A stretch of DNA of 64,000 nucleotides, taken from contig MU053652.1 of the NCBI GenBank assembly GCA_013239625.1, forward strand, positions 682,001 through 746,000, read 5' to 3'. A program made the translations under genes and the position numbers. Shown here piece after piece: positions 13,111-27,639 of this stretch. How positions within the stretch are numbered: position 1 is the first letter of the stretch; each line of letters opens with the position of its first letter. The notes under the pieces were generated by a model. The model was given only the letters and a program-made list of their open reading frames with translations, was not told the origin of the DNA and did not search any database. Source of the DNA: Lama guanicoe (taxonomy: Eukaryota).

Positions 13111-15164
13111 ATCAAAGTCCCTTCATTTTATTTTTATGGGGTCATTTCTAATATTTTTCTTCCCCATTTCCTTTGACCTAGAACCTACAAATTTGTCACA
13201 CATTATGTGAAATCCTTTTACTTCATCAGACCAGATTAAAAAGGTGATATAACTTAGTATTTTTTAAATCGCCAATCCTCCAATTGAAAATCAAATAAAA
13301 AGATGGTAACTTTGTATTAAAATAATTTGTCTTTAAAAGCTTGTTGAGTTTACATTTAGTATAATTCAACCATACTTTTGCATCATTTACGAAATTACAA
13401 GAGTTCACTAAAACTCAAAGAATAACATTTTCTGGCATTTAAGATAAATTTTAATTATTTTAAATTTAATAAATCATACTGCAAGATTAATACTTCACCT
13501 TTCATTTGTAAAACACTATTTCATAGTTGACAAGTAGCCGTACCAAAAGGCAGAAGGATAATATGACATTTGGAGACATCTTTTCTGCACAACATCTAGT
13601 CCTCATACCAGATCCTCACATGTGCTCAGCAGCAATGCGCTAGTTAAGGTTTGTTAAAGCAACTAATCGGATAAATCGTGCATGTTACATTGGCAGAATA
13701 ATACATCTTTCAAATAGCAAATGAGATTTTTTTACTTTCTAAATGACCTAGGACAGCTTGCTATGCATGCATAAACAAACGTGACCATACGTTGTGATCA
13801 TCTGCTGAACATGCTATGTTTCAATAAAAAGGGAAGAATTCCTACTTTCTAGGTATTTTATTTTACATCCTTTTATTTTGGATATTTAGATGTATTGGTT
13901 AAAATATTCACCAGCTTTTCATATTGTTACATTCATATAAATTACCTGAATTTTCTTTTTATTAAAAAAAAAAGTGTCACAAAAGTGACTTTTTAAACAA
14001 AACTGGCAAAATTGCTTTTTTTGGTTCAAGAATGCCTAAAAATCTCATGTAAATTCCCCAAAGCTGGGCAAAAGAGATGGTGTGCTGTGTAGACCACAAA
14101 CCTCTAGTAGGAATAGGGCTTTTAAATGAGGATTTTACTGGAAATTATTTTCACCAATTCTGACCTTAAACAATACTTAATTAATGATCCGTGAAAGAAT
14201 AACAATCACTGTGTTTTCTTTGATTCAAAAGCTACAGATATTAGTTATAATGGCTTAGATGAGCAAATTGTAAATCACTGCTATTGCCAGAGTCTGGACA
14301 GCTGAATATATACATTAGGTAGTAAGCCCTAGGATATGAAGCAGCACTGTGTATAAAATCAGCACACTGTGAGTTACATTAACAAGTCAGATGCAGAATA
14401 AGCTGCAGACCTGCTACTGATCAATTATGCCCCAAGCAGAGCAATCAAGGAGTGCTATCTTTGAAAGTAAGCCTGTTGACCCAAAAGAATGAGAAACAAC
14501 ACCCACAGTGATTTTACTCCTTCTAATCTGTCTGATAACACTAACAAAATGTGTCAGCTGGAATGAGCCATGTGATATAAACACACAGGGAAGGAGAAGT
14601 GGGGCCCCACAAAGCCAGGAGTAAAAGAAGAGGAGAGATGACAATCAAAAGAGTCACAGGGCTCAGAAAATCAAGGTGGGTAGGGCGGTCTTTCAAAGGA
14701 ACTCTCATACTTTTTCCCCCTTTCATAGAACGACAAAGGCTCTGCAAGATCAGAGCGCCAACTCGTTGAAAGAAAAGCATTTCACGGCGCTCAGCGCAGA
14801 GGGGAGATCCACGCATCCTTTTGCCATCTGTGGACCAACTCCTTTCCTTCAAAAAGCATTGAGAAAATAACAATGTGCTCCAGGACCCAGCAGGTGTAGC
14901 TTCTGAATCATTTTGATGGAAAGCCTCAGACCCTACGAGGTGGTGAAAAAGTCTGACCATAAATACCACTTGTACATGGCACAGAGCTAGGCAAGGAAAT
15001 CGTAACGTACGCGTGAGAAAGGTGGCTTGTGAAGCTGCTCGGAGTATGCTCCTCTTTCGTAGCGCCACCCATGGATACCAGAGTGTTTCTTTAGTAAACA
15101 TTATGTGAGCCCAGTAGTGCATGGACTCTCACAAGTAGGGCAAAAAGGCTGATGTATGTATTGT

Positions 15165-15325
15165 AAGAATTTGTCTCTGTGCCTCAATTTTCTTATCTAC
15201 AAAATGAGGATACTAACAATGCCTGCCTCATAGGTCCTAAGTTTTAGTAATAAGAACCAAATCAATATATGTAAAGTGATTAAAACAGTGCTAGATTTAT
15301 ACCATTCCATAGTTCTTAGCTATCC
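15165..15325 (+). mobile_element. MIR SINE
   Basis: tctctgtgcctcaattttcttatctacaaaatgaggatactaacaatgcctgcctcatagg...atatgtaaagtgattaaaacagtgc. Confidence 0.85.
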
Positions 15326-15704
15326 TAACAGCAGTATTAGCTTTATCATGCTTAACAGGCTTGTTTTCCTGATTTCTATATCAGTTATCCAAAATGTCAA
15401 TGTTTCTATTTTTTATGAGTTTCCATCTCAATAATTTGGCTATAACATTCCTCCTAGATAGTAAATGGCAATGTGTTACAGGAACCTATTTAAAAATAAA
15501 CAATAGAAAAAAGAAAAAAATAATGAAATAGAATACTCTAAAATGGCAACAAAAGAAATTAGGTCAAATATCATCAGATTAGTAAAATTTTTCATTATAC
15601 AGATGATACAGATTGTTTCTATTGTATACAATTGAATACAGCACCCAGTATATCACTTCTTTTGAATAAAGTTACACACCTGTCTACTTCCCATGTACCA
15701 GACT

Positions 15705-16430
15705 TTTCTTTTTAACAGTTTATTTTGAAATAACTGTGCACTTAAAGAAGAGCTGCAAAGACAATATAGAGAGTTCCCATATACCTTCCACCTATTTCCC
15801 CTTATTTAACCATGGTGCAATTACCAAAACTAAAGAGTTCATGCTGGCATAATATTATATAGACTTTATTCTGATTTCCCCAGTTCTTCCACGAATGTCC
15901 TCTTTCTGTCCCAGGATCTAATCCTCAATGTTTTGTTGCATTTAGTTGTCCTGTCTTAGTCTCTTCCAATCTATGATAGTTCCTTGGTCTTTGTCTTTCA
16001 TGATTTTAAAACTTTTGGGAGTATACTTGCTAGTTATTTTGTTTCTTTGGTGTTGTCCGGGATGAGTGTGTGGCTGTGGATTTGGGGGAGGAATACCATG
16101 GAGGTGAAGTGCTCTTCTCATTTCATCACACCAGGGGATACGTGGTGTCAACATGCCTCATTACTTGTGCTGTCAACTTTGATCTTCAGCAAGGTGGTGT
16201 CTATCAAATTTCCCTACTGTAAAGTTACTTTTTCCCTTTCCAGACACTCTGGCTGTTAGAAGTGGGTCACTATGCCCAGTGTACACTATAAGGCAGGGGA
16301 AATGGCTTCACCTTCTCCTGGAGGGAGGAGTATCAAAGAATTTGTGGATTTATGTTAAAACTATCACAGTCATTAATAAATACTTCGGGACAGATACTTT
16401 GAGGCTATACAGATATCCTGTTTCTCTAAT
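15705..16430 (-). mobile_element. L1MC/MD-like 3' UTR fragment
   Basis: agagctgcaaagacaatatagagagttcccatatacc...aatgtcctctttctgtcccaggatctaatc...ttgcatttagttgtc...ggaggaataccatggaggtgaagtg...ctactgtaaagttact...gatactttgaggctat. Confidence 0.8.
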
Positions 16431-17104
16431 TAGGTTTTTTTCAAAAGCCATTTTTACATATATCATTTTCTTTGCCCTTCACAAGAATCCCTTATCTTAT
16501 GAATAGATAAACTGAGCCTGAACAACATTGACTCAGCTCACTATGAGAAAAGGGTAAAGTAAATTCTGAAGTTCATGGGAAGATTGTAAATCCACATGGC
16601 AGTGCTAATTCTGTTGCTCAGTATCAGCACTGGGAGATTTCACTGTCCAAACAGAAATGGGGGCCAAATAGGCACACCCACTTATTCAGATTAACTCCCT
16701 TTACTGCAGAGTAAATTTAAGTAGAAAACAAAGAAGAGGGCTGGGCTAGGAGATAATTAAGTGTTTGATACTTCAGCTACGTGTGCACAAAATCACCATT
16801 CTTCTTCTAAATTGAGACTTATTCCCTGACCTAAGAAGAATGTCTACTTGATTCTCTTTTCCTAAAAAATAAACTAGACTCTGAACTACCTGACCAGTTC
16901 TTCAAAGACATCTGAATCCCACTGGGGGATAGAGTTTAGGCTGAAGCCTAAGATACAGCTTCAGATAAACCTGTTTTCTAACTGTTGAATCACACTTCAC
17001 TCTAAACATCTTTAGTTAATACCGTCCAGACTTGAAAGTTCATAATGTTTAAATTCTAAAAAACAAAAAAGCCTACATAGAATATTTTGCATACTTTTAG
17101 GTAA

Positions 17105-17250
17105 TATTTATAGAGCACTTTTCCATTTATCTCCTCATTCCATCCTTTCAACCATAATTTAAATAAACAGAAAAAACCCCCACCTTATTTCCATTTTACA
17201 GATGAGACTTCTAAGGTTTTAAGCAGCTTACTGGCAACATTAGGACTTGA
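17105..17250 (-). mobile_element. MIR fragment
   Basis: atttatagagcactttt...atctcctcattccatcctttcaacc...tttccattttacagatgag. Confidence 0.6.
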
Positions 17251-17669
17251 AACTAGACAGACGTATATTATGCTGTAAATCTACATTTGCTCTACACTGA
17301 TGGGTATTCATTCTTTCTATTTATGTCTGAACTGGCCTGAGCATACTTGGATGTATCAGATCATTACCTTTAGACAAAACGCTTTTTGGAGACTATGTCA
17401 GAGCTATTGACACTTTTTAAAATCACATTTTTTCGAATCACAGGACACAGGTTCATCTGATAAAAAATAGAGAAAAAAACTAAAAAGTAGGGAAAACAAC
17501 ACCATGGGATAACTATGTTATTTGTTAATATTACTTCTTAGTAATATTTTACACAGTTAAGATCATATTTTGTCTATAATCACAGATCACAAAAACTTGA
17601 AACACAGGTCCTTTTTGCTAATAAAGGCTCTTCATGGACATTTAGTAGTGTTTACCACTAACAAAAATG

Positions 17670-17795
17670 GCCAACAGCTATATGATGCTTACATGCCAGG
17701 CACTGTTCGAAGGGCTTCACACATACGAACGTAGTCTTCATATCAGCCCTATACGGCAGGTATTATGATCTCCATTTTATAGGAAACCCAAACCC
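17670..17795 (-). mobile_element. MIR SINE
   Basis: tgcttacatgccaggcactgtt...cagccctatacggcaggtattatgatctccattttatagga. Confidence 0.75.
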
Positions 17796-17796
17796 A

Positions 17797-17925
17797 CTTA
17801 ATGGCTATATAATAGAACACTATTTGAAAATACCATAATTTACTTAGCCTTCCCACTATTTCCTGACATTTAGGTTGTTCACAATTTATAAAACTATCAT
17901 GGATATGGCTAATGTTATGTTCTGG
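17797..17925 (-). mobile_element. old L1M fragment
   Basis: ttaatggctatataata...taccataatttacttagcc...gacatttaggttgttcacaattt. Confidence 0.6.
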
Positions 17926-20900
17926 CCCTGCAGGTATTATTAACATAAATGTATGCTGGTTTGGCTGGAACTGTGGATTAAATAAACTAAAAAGTGAAAC
18001 ACAGTCTTTTTATTAGACATTGCTGAGTAAGTGGTACCAAAAAAAAAAAAAAACAACACACAGGTAATAAAAAGCAAGCAGTCTTTATATTTTCAAATAT
18101 CTTGGACTGCCTGTAATATTGGATGTAAGTCTCCTGGCCAGAAACCCACTGAATCACATTTTTTGCCTGAATAACAGTCATTATTGGTGATCTCATGATA
18201 ATGACATGATTTCCCTCCAAGACCATAATATCTGGTGCTGTGGTTTAGGGAAAGGAAATTGTGACAGGGCGAAGGAAAATCGCTCGTGTATGATCAGTCA
18301 ATAAACAGCCAGCTGGATCAGAAAAACCACCTGGGTTAACTATTTTGTTTGGGCAGACCACATTGCCTTTCTATTTTAAAACTAAGTAAAACGCTCTCAA
18401 GTTGTTCAGAAATGTTTCTCTGCATTACAGTGGGGAGCCCTAAGTCCATACGCTAACAATACTGTACGCAATCTAAGGCCCACTGAATGGGGAAACCTGC
18501 CTTGCTACTGCCAGTCTAGAATTGTTTACAGGAAAAAGCAGTTGTCCTGTTTTGTCATAAATGCAGACTTTTTTTCACTATAGATACAGAGAGAACATTT
18601 CTTTTTTAAATTAAGAAAAAAAAATGCTCTACTTCGAAGCAAGTTTCCATCATTCAAAAAGAGATCTGGTGCCAAAATGCCCTTTACCTCCTCTATTTAC
18701 ATGAGAAACACGGCAGAAAGAGACTTCATGCTCTCCACCATCTAATTTCTCTAAGCTACAGCCATTGATTCTTTGTAAGTTTATTTATTCAAAACAACAG
18801 CACAAACAATTCTTTTTTCTTGGGTCAGCAGCTTACTGAATTAACATCAATCATCAAAGGAGACGGGGCTGAAAGGAAGATGGAAGCCCATTTTCTCAGA
18901 GATTGATTTTTTAAAGCCCAAACACGCAGGCAGAAGCAGGAGACTGTTTCCCTTTGAAAGGTTCAGCTTGAAAGTCACAGCTAAAACCTGGGCACTCACA
19001 GGACTGACCAGGTTCACTGCAATCTTACAGCATTCTTTTTAATCACTTGTATTTCTTTGTTTTGATGGCTTGTGCGAGTGGATGACTTCACTCTATAAAG
19101 CCCACCTGAATACCTTAAAACAAGGGGAGGGGAGGTTCCAAAGGGAGGCAGATCAATGCTGCTGTTTATTATAATGCTTTTCTAATGGCTTTCTCTACTG
19201 TCTTTACTTACTTTGATGTATTTAAAGTGGGAAAAGGTCATCAAAGGCCTCTTTGATTAGAGGCTTAAATGTATTTGAATACCCATCTTTGGCATGTTTT
19301 AAAGGTGATTTGTTGTGTAGGTCCCAGCAAAACTATTCTTTGAAAACCTTGATTTGTTTCTTGCTAGGAATTCGGCTCAATTATTTTTCCTTGCAAGGTT
19401 GGGGTGGAGAGTGCTTGCCTGAAAATGAAAAAGTCAGAAGGGTCAGTATTCCTGAGACTAAGAACTGAGAAAAGTAATTGGTTTATATCCATTTTACACC
19501 CTGTCGTGTCGGGGGACTGTGTTTCCTTCCTGTAGCTTTTCTGGAGATTAACGTAAGGTGAGGAATGCATTAGACCAAGCATGTGTAAACTACTGGCTTC
19601 CTATGTCAGTCGAATGTGCTATACTCTTTATTTGGGATACTTTTAAAATGTTTGCCCTATTGGTAAATCAATTTTACGAGAAAATGTGAGATTTTTCAGT
19701 CTTGGGTACAAGTAAATAAAGAAAGATGAAAGAAAGGTCCCATATGCCTGAGCTGGTTGGCAGAAAGGACCCTGTGTTATCACTGTTTTCTCTCAAATTG
19801 AGACAAAATTTATTTCAGTTAAGAATTTGATATCAAAGCCATCAATCACCCTCTTGTCTGAGAATGAAGCGGGAACATCCATTTGTTTGCCAGATGTAAA
19901 ACAAAGATTTTTAGCCTTTAGTTCACAGGGATCGTGCTGAGGAATAAAAGTGGTTCCTTGGAAGGGAGAAATAAATTAAGTCATTAAATCAATATGAAGG
20001 ACTTTTACCTAATTTTCAAAAAAATCACTACTTACCGATGAGATATGATTTGTTCACCATTCTAAACTTTCTATTCACTCCCACACTTAGATCATAGACA
20101 AATTAGTAAACTAATGTTGTAAGGCAAATATTACCTACGCCCATTTTGAGTCATCTTTTAGAGTCAACATTCTACAGGATGTTGCGCAGTGAGAAAATGC
20201 AAAATCTAGGAGAAAAAAAGGCCTGCCATGAGTAATGACTAGTAATTTCAACTGGTTATAAAGCGTTATAGTTAATACAATGTCCATGCCATTCTATGGG
20301 GATTAGGTGGAACCCAAGTGAAGCTAAAAATACTCCCCAGGACCAGCTCCTGGGCACGATACAGTGATTCAGCAGGAGAGGTGGGAACTTCAGGCCACAG
20401 GCTCTGCTCTGAGTGGCTGTGGGGTGGCCAATCTACAAGAAGAAGAAATCTCAGAAGCCCTCAGAGACGGGGGAAGGGATGAAAGAGCACAATCGGTCAT
20501 GAGAAGGAGAACTTGAAGACAGCATTGTTAACAAAACTGCTCTGAGACAAAGTAAGCTTAAAAGCAGGATTTGGAATAAAGGTGGTGAAGGGAAGAAAAG
20601 GCTTTGGAAAATTCTGAAAATAAAATTTCCTAAATGGTGCACTCACTTCCACCATGATGGGCCATCTCCAAAAGAACAACTGATGGGAGAGAAGCTTAAG
20701 ACTTGCAGGACAGTAGGTGAAAACATGGACTGCTTGTCCAAGGTTGGGCGCATAGGGAGAAATACTCTAAGTCAAGGGCCTAAGTTCATGAGTAATAGAT
20801 ACGAAGTATTTTCAACAAAACAGAAGTCCTGAGATAGGTTTTAAACACATAAAGAATAACCAAAAAATATAAAAATAGAATATTCAAGTGAAAGAAGTAA

Positions 20901-22904
20901 CTTGAGATCAACCAGTGGGGAAGAGAGTGGGTAAAAGCCATCAAGAGCATGTTCTGGAGACACAATGTGGAAACTTAAAAGGGGGAAAAAAATAAAAGGA
21001 GAATGAGAACAGGTGTGTGACTAAATTTATGACCTCCAAAAATATTTTATTTTTTTCAAAATTAACCTAACCTTGAGAAATCAGCTACTTTAATAAAGGG
21101 GTCAGCATGAGGGAAACAGTTGGGAGTAAATTGCATTAAATTATTTCCTTGTGAGTGAACACACAGTGTAATAAGCTGTGAAGAGTGTAATTCTGTACTA
21201 ACATCGTGTTTTGCAAGCAAAGTGGGAAATTGAGAATTACTGAACCTTGCTTAAGTTCTTATCCAAACAAGTGTTTCAATTAGTTTAATAAGATTTCATC
21301 TAGTTTTAGAACTGGAGTTGGTTGGTGGAATAAAGCAGTCCATCTATGGTGCTGCAAAATGGCCCAGCAAATTTGTTATACATAGGATTAAATCTAACCA
21401 AAGAAAGCTATTTGTATTTATACAGCAGTATTATTTAGTAATATTATCTTCTAGGTTAATCCACGTATACATGACAGCTTTACTGAAATGTAACTTTGAT
21501 ACCATTGTTTACGCTGTTTTTAAGGTTATGCTTAACTTGAGCAAAACAGGAGAAAACAGAGGCTTATTAAAAACAGTTTATGAAAGTTTAAGAGTATAAT
21601 TAGAGTGATGCATTTTTAAGCCCAGTATACTACTGAATACATAATAGGACAGTAAATAAACATTCTAATCCACTAAGTGATAAGTGCTCTCTAAGAAATA
21701 TCTATCTAGTAATGAAATAAAATATACAATATCTTTCTGTTAAAACTAACAAGGAAAAAAAAAAAACCCCCAAAGCATTCAATTTTGATGCTATTTCCCA
21801 GAAAGGGAAGGATTTAAGAGTGACTGCTTCATTGGGTGGCTTTGCAGTGGGGAATGTAAAGGAGATTTCATTTATGTTTGTAACCATCAAGGTGCTGAGC
21901 ACAGTTTTTTGCACTTAAATACTTGCTAAATTAAAGAATAAAGGAAACTGATAAACAGAAAGAAAGCAAAAGCCAAAATAAAAAACCAGAAATAAGCAAA
22001 CTTCAAAACACAAGCCTGTAATTCCAAATTGAAGCTTTGGAATTGTATCCTCATGGTTGGTAACTTGGATGACAGTCAGCTTTTGTTTGTTTGTTTGTTT
22101 TTTAAATTGCATGCAATACATCTACATCTGAGGATTTCTACTACATATCTCTTGCAGAGAGATCAGTATGGCGCTGACAAAGTTGGAAGTGTCTAATGAT
22201 GAAATCATGGAACACATCTAGCCCAGTAAATCACCTAGATAGAGTTCTCTAAACCATGGATTTGGTAGGCTTGTGGAATGACAAAGACATGGAGATTTGT
22301 CATCTGTTCCTATAAACAGCAACACATCTTAACTATAACAAAGATGTCGATAAGAATCTTGTCATTCTTTCCTCGAGATCTCAAAAATACGAAATAAGGG
22401 AAATACCTAAAATTATGAAACCAGTTAGTTTCATGTCGTGCATAGGAAATAAGGAGTTCAAATAAAACAGAATAATACTCTGTAAGGATAAGACAGGTGT
22501 TATCAGTATAAACAAGAATAGCCATCACCATCAAGGAGGCAAGAACTCCAGACCTTGGAGATTCATCACTTTGATCTCATTTGCTGTCTCTGTCTCTCTC
22601 TCACACACACATATACTGTATTTTTGTACCAGTAAATGATAATTTTACATGACTTTTTGAAAAGCTTTCTATAAAACGTAGAAGAACTTCCTACTGCAAA
22701 TAAAAGGACATAATCTTAGACAATCTTCTTACTTGCAAAAATTATCAGGAAAATAAATAGTTCAAAGACCTGCATGCTTGGGTATTACACAGATATCTAA
22801 TACCTGTTCATTACTGTCAATACTTAATGAAGAGAGAAAAGATTGCCTTGGGAAAAAGAAGGTGGTAGTTAATAAATGCCTTAAGGAAAACTAATGAATC
22901 ATAG

Positions 22905-23720
22905 GAAGTATGGTACCCTCTCCTCCACTTTGTATAGATCAAATCCCATCATGAATGCTACGTTCAGTCCTGTTCCTGCACGTGAAAAGAGGCAATACAC
23001 TACTAAGGAACCAAAGAAGGGCAACCCAACTACTTAGAAGAAAGAACTGTTGAAATTAGGACTATTCAGCCTAGACATTATGCTCATGTGACTATTATAT
23101 TTAATGGCGGTCACAAAGGGATTAGATCTACGGTGCTCTTCAAAATACATATACTACATATTTTGCTTATTTAAAAAATAAAATGTCGAGCACATTCTAC
23201 ACGTAATGTACTCTGCTGTGCTAGGTGAAGTACATGATACAAAGGTGATGAGACAAGAATCCTGTTCTCATAGAGCATAAAGTCTAGAAAGGAAATTAAG
23301 ACCTAGCATCAGAGGATGAGTGCCATTGAGTATCTGGAGCAGTACCTGGTGTACAACGGGCACTCAATACAATTTTTGGAATGAATAAATGATTGCAACT
23401 CTCATCCCACTGATCTTGTGACCCTCTGCTTGACTGAGTTGCATTAGTGCATCTGTCTAACTCGGGTTCTTCAGCACAGCTGCAGACTCATGGAGTAGGC
23501 AACCTTCCCAAATGCTGCGATTCTTTATTCGTGAGCCGAGTATAGATACTGCACAAGGCAAACCGTCAACTGCCAGAGAAGAGAACCAAGCAGCGCTCTG
23601 TGAATTCAGAGGTTGAAGAAATCAGAAGTAAAAATTACAGGAAGGCAGATCTCATCTCAATCTAAGAAAGAAACAAGAATCGGGCTCTTAGCTTCCCAAA
23701 TCAAAATTGTGCTTTCTGAA
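22905..23720 (+). mobile_element. L3/CR1 LINE fragments, interrupted by L2 pieces at ~23170-23395
   Basis: gttcagtcctg...caaagaagggcaacc...gaactgttgaaattaggactattcagcctaga and later ttacaggaaggcagatctcatctcaatctaagaaagaa. L2 3' tail gcactcaatacaatttttggaatgaataaatga at ~23360-23392. Confidence 0.55.
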
Positions 23721-24721
23721 GCCTCTCATCAGAGGGTTATTTTATACTGTTCCCCACTCTTATTCTGTTATCTGGAAACACAGGCCAGGGCTGTTTATCT
23801 CAGCAGGGCCATCAGAAGTACAGCCTGCTCTAAATCGAACAGTCGACAAAGTAGAATAATTTGCTCTCACTAGAAGCAGACAACTAGTAAATCAGCCCTC
23901 AGAATCTTTCAGAATAAAGTCAACTCTCCCTGATCGAGAACCACAGCCCTATACACAGCCTAGACTGTATTTCCATAATGCACTGCCTGGTTTTTACGGA
24001 TAACTAAGGTGATTTAACATATCCTTAAATAGAACAAGGAAGACAAAAAGTCTTCTTAGATTGATACACTATTATATACATATACAAATAAACCATCCTA
24101 GTTGATACCAAATAAATTTGTATCTAGAAAAGCAACACTGGATTGTAGAGACAGATCAGTATGGATTATCCTGCATATCACATGATAAACAATAAAATCA
24201 TGACTCTAGCAAATGCCTTTGAATAAACCAAGAAAATACTCTGATACGTAGTTTTTAAAAAGTTAAGCTTGCAGCGGGTTCTTCTTTTTGGTGGCACCTA
24301 GGCTTCTCAGTTGTTAGTAGCAAAACACAGTCACCAAATTGCGTGCCTATGACTCTATTACCATAAAGGTAAACCTCAGCATATCCCTCTACCCTCCATG
24401 TCTTTCTGTATAAATATACACTAAATTAAAATTTAATTGTATTGATTTTTAAAGACTGAAAAATAAAAATACAATATAAAAAAAAAAACACTGAGTGTTT
24501 TGTGCTTGCTATGTTACATCTACTTCTATTTTGCAGAACCTCCCTTTAGTCAGCATTCTTCTGTTAAAGACATTAAAGGTTTTAAGTGATGTTCTTTCAG
24601 GGAAAACCCCCGGCAGTGTAACATGAGGTAAACAGGCAAGACCAAGGAGAAGCAAAATGGAGATGCCTGGAGCTAATAGTTCAACAGGAGTCTTGACTGT
24701 ATCAACATTTTCATGAACTTC

Positions 24722-25045
24722 TACTTTAAAGCAGAATTATCAAGCTGGCAACCTATGCACCAAAACCAGAATGCTGACCTATTTGGTACAAGACTACAGT
24801 ATTTAACTTTTAAATAGATGACAATTGAATATATGAGGATTTCACATGAAAGTCAAAGATACCTGACTTGCTTATTTGTTTGTTTTTCAAATTTAGACAG
24901 TCTGGCTCCATTGAGATTGTAGTATACATAACAAAGATGATCTGGCCCCGAGTAGAGGCTGACCCCTTTAAATGGATCAAAGGTCTTCCAATTTGCCTAA
25001 GTCATTCATTTATCAATCAAGCTCTATAGGCATATAAATTTGCAA
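24722..25045. mobile_element. MER102-like hAT-Charlie element
   Basis: gaggatttcacatgaaagtc...ctggccccgagtagaggctgacccctttaaatgga...tccaatttgcc. Confidence 0.6.
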
Positions 25046-27639
25046 TGCTTTATTTCAAGGAACAAAAGTCTAATGAAGGGAAATAGAAGCAAAGATAATA
25101 CAAAAATTACCTGAATAATCTCAGGATATAACAGGGTGTACATTTATACACAAAGAGTTTTGAACATTCATGACTTAATTCTTTCTGGACTTCAACCGTG
25201 AAATAAAATGGCCCTACTGACCAAGGACCATATTGAGGATCTGGCTTACAGATATTTCATTTATGGATAACTAACACTTAGGGTCATCTTGAGAACCTCC
25301 AAACTGATAGTAGATAATGAAGGGACTGTGAAACACTGTCCTCCAGCCCCCCCCCAAGTCCAAGGGTTTTCTATGAATGAAGATAGTAGAAAACACTAAC
25401 CTAACATTTATTTAGCACAAGAAATTAGGTGTTATATACATTTAAGAACACTTTCTTACTTGAATTGCTAATTTGGAGTTGATATTATTTTCTAAAATGT
25501 GGCTAACATGACTGAGTCGCTTCCCTTCCCCAGTCTCATTATGTTTGGATGGCAGGACTAAGCACAATGTTAAGTATTGTAATTCTGCCTTTATTAGATT
25601 CAGGTATATAAATGGCATCCCAGTGAGCGTGGTGAATTTTGATTATTATTTCTCCACTCAAGTTGTGTTCATCTTCCTGCTGAGAGGATGATCACTGAGT
25701 TTTACCATAAGCCCAAGGGACCTATTATTTATTATATTACATTTTATGGTGTGGAGTAAATAAATAGCATTAGAGTGCTACATTCATTCACAGAGATGAA
25801 CTGTATTCATAAACTGAAGAAATTCTTTAAATCAAGACTAAGCTGCTAATAGGCTCTTCATAAAAATGCAGAGAACATTCATTGTAATATGGCAGCAATA
25901 AAGGAGGCAGCTGGGTTCACACACAGATATATCAGAAGGCAAACATTCGAGGCGAGGCACATAGATGGCATGTAACCGAATCACGAGGTTAAACACACAA
26001 ACCTCACTCATTAATCTGTCATTTTCACGGACTGTAAAAATTCACACCTTATGTAATTATCATAATAGAAGAATTCAAAATAAACTGAACGTATGAATGG
26101 GTGAAGGATTCGGCAACCCTGACTCCTCCTAAGACGTCCCTTAATTACGGTACATTTTGTCTTAATTGGCTTGTCTTCTATTAAAAGCCCATTCGGCAGG
26201 GAATGTGTGTGCATTTGTCTTTTGTATTATATATAATCCACTCTCATTTCCATCTCTGATTTCTGGGGTCTCATGCAATTGCTTTTGGTATAGCTTTTGA
26301 CTAGAAAAGATTTTCTAGCCACCAATCCTTTGGGATTTTCCTTCCCCATCTCTCATGCAACTTTTAATCATTGAAGGCAAGTTATGACTCTGCATTTCTC
26401 CCTCAGCAGATTTAAACTCAGAAGAGCTAGTGAGGACACAAATTCCTTGCCTCCTTTGGATGTTACTGCAGAGTTAGCATGGGTCTCAAGTGTCCGGCCT
26501 CATACTACAGCATCTGTTCCTCCTCATCCAGTGCTAACCAACGCTACCCACAAGGCTGTGTTTGTTTTAACAATAGGAATGATAATGATTTTCTGTGCCA
26601 ATTATAACATTTATTTAGTATTATAAGGTGGCACAATACTGATATAAAGAACAGAAAAAATGAGTATTAACAACAAACTATCACAGTAATATTTAAAATC
26701 ATACCTAAGAGGATTACCATATGAAAGGTGGCAAGCAAAAAGACATGCCTGTTATCTCTTTGTTTTTGAGATTTCTCTCCAAGCCAATCAGGGATGACAG
26801 AAAGCAATTTAACAAACATTGAATGGAAGGTAAGGCAGAGCCAGGTGCGGAGAATAAAGTCAGAGGTCTGGCGGCAGGGGAGAGCTTCCACATGGAGGCA
26901 AATTGGGGTACAGCAAGACAAAGCAATGATGTGGGTGGTTAGACCAAGTAACAGTCTAAGTTAGGGCACAGGGACAATGAATGAAACTTTTCAAAATAGA
27001 GGGATGCATGCAGAAAAGAACAAGGGGAAAACATACACAAGAGAAAAGGCAAGAGAGATAAAATCCATTGTCAACACTCAGAGTCCAGAAGGACTAAAAA
27101 AGGAAGCTGAGAAAAGGAAAAAAAAATTAGATGAAGGGATTTGGGGTAAAATAATCTGCTTCATCCCAGTCAGACCCAGTAACTTCTTCATTGGCCTAAA
27201 GTTGGCCCAGGCCAAGTACACTGACAACTGGAGAGACAGCCTAGGGCCACGCCTGTTTGGTTCTTTCATGACAACCACTGAGGTAAGAGATGCTGATGTT
27301 GTCTATCCCAGTTTCTCCAAAATCATGCCCCTTTTGTACTGGGGAGGGTGAGATGGTGAAAGCACCAGTGGGAAAGAGGTAATAAGCACAGTTTGGGATT
27401 TCAAAAGGTAATAGTTCTAAGATTTCAGTGCACTGACATTAAATTAGGGAGCAAATTTCCTGAACCTAAGTTTGTTAAAAGCTGATGGAATGATCCATTC
27501 ATTTGTTCAACGTTCTTCATTTGGCAATTACAAGGCAACAACTACTTGCTAGGCTTGGGGATAAGGACTTGCCTCTCTAAAGGCTGCTTAAGTGATTCAC
27601 TATGTAAGGAGGGCGACGGCAGCTCGGCAGACAGAGTGG

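Noticed and set aside
17368..17456. Minus-strand exon-like unit (strong acceptor, AAG|gtaatg)
   Set aside because: 89 nt with stops in all three frames and no other support; a typical pseudo-exon.
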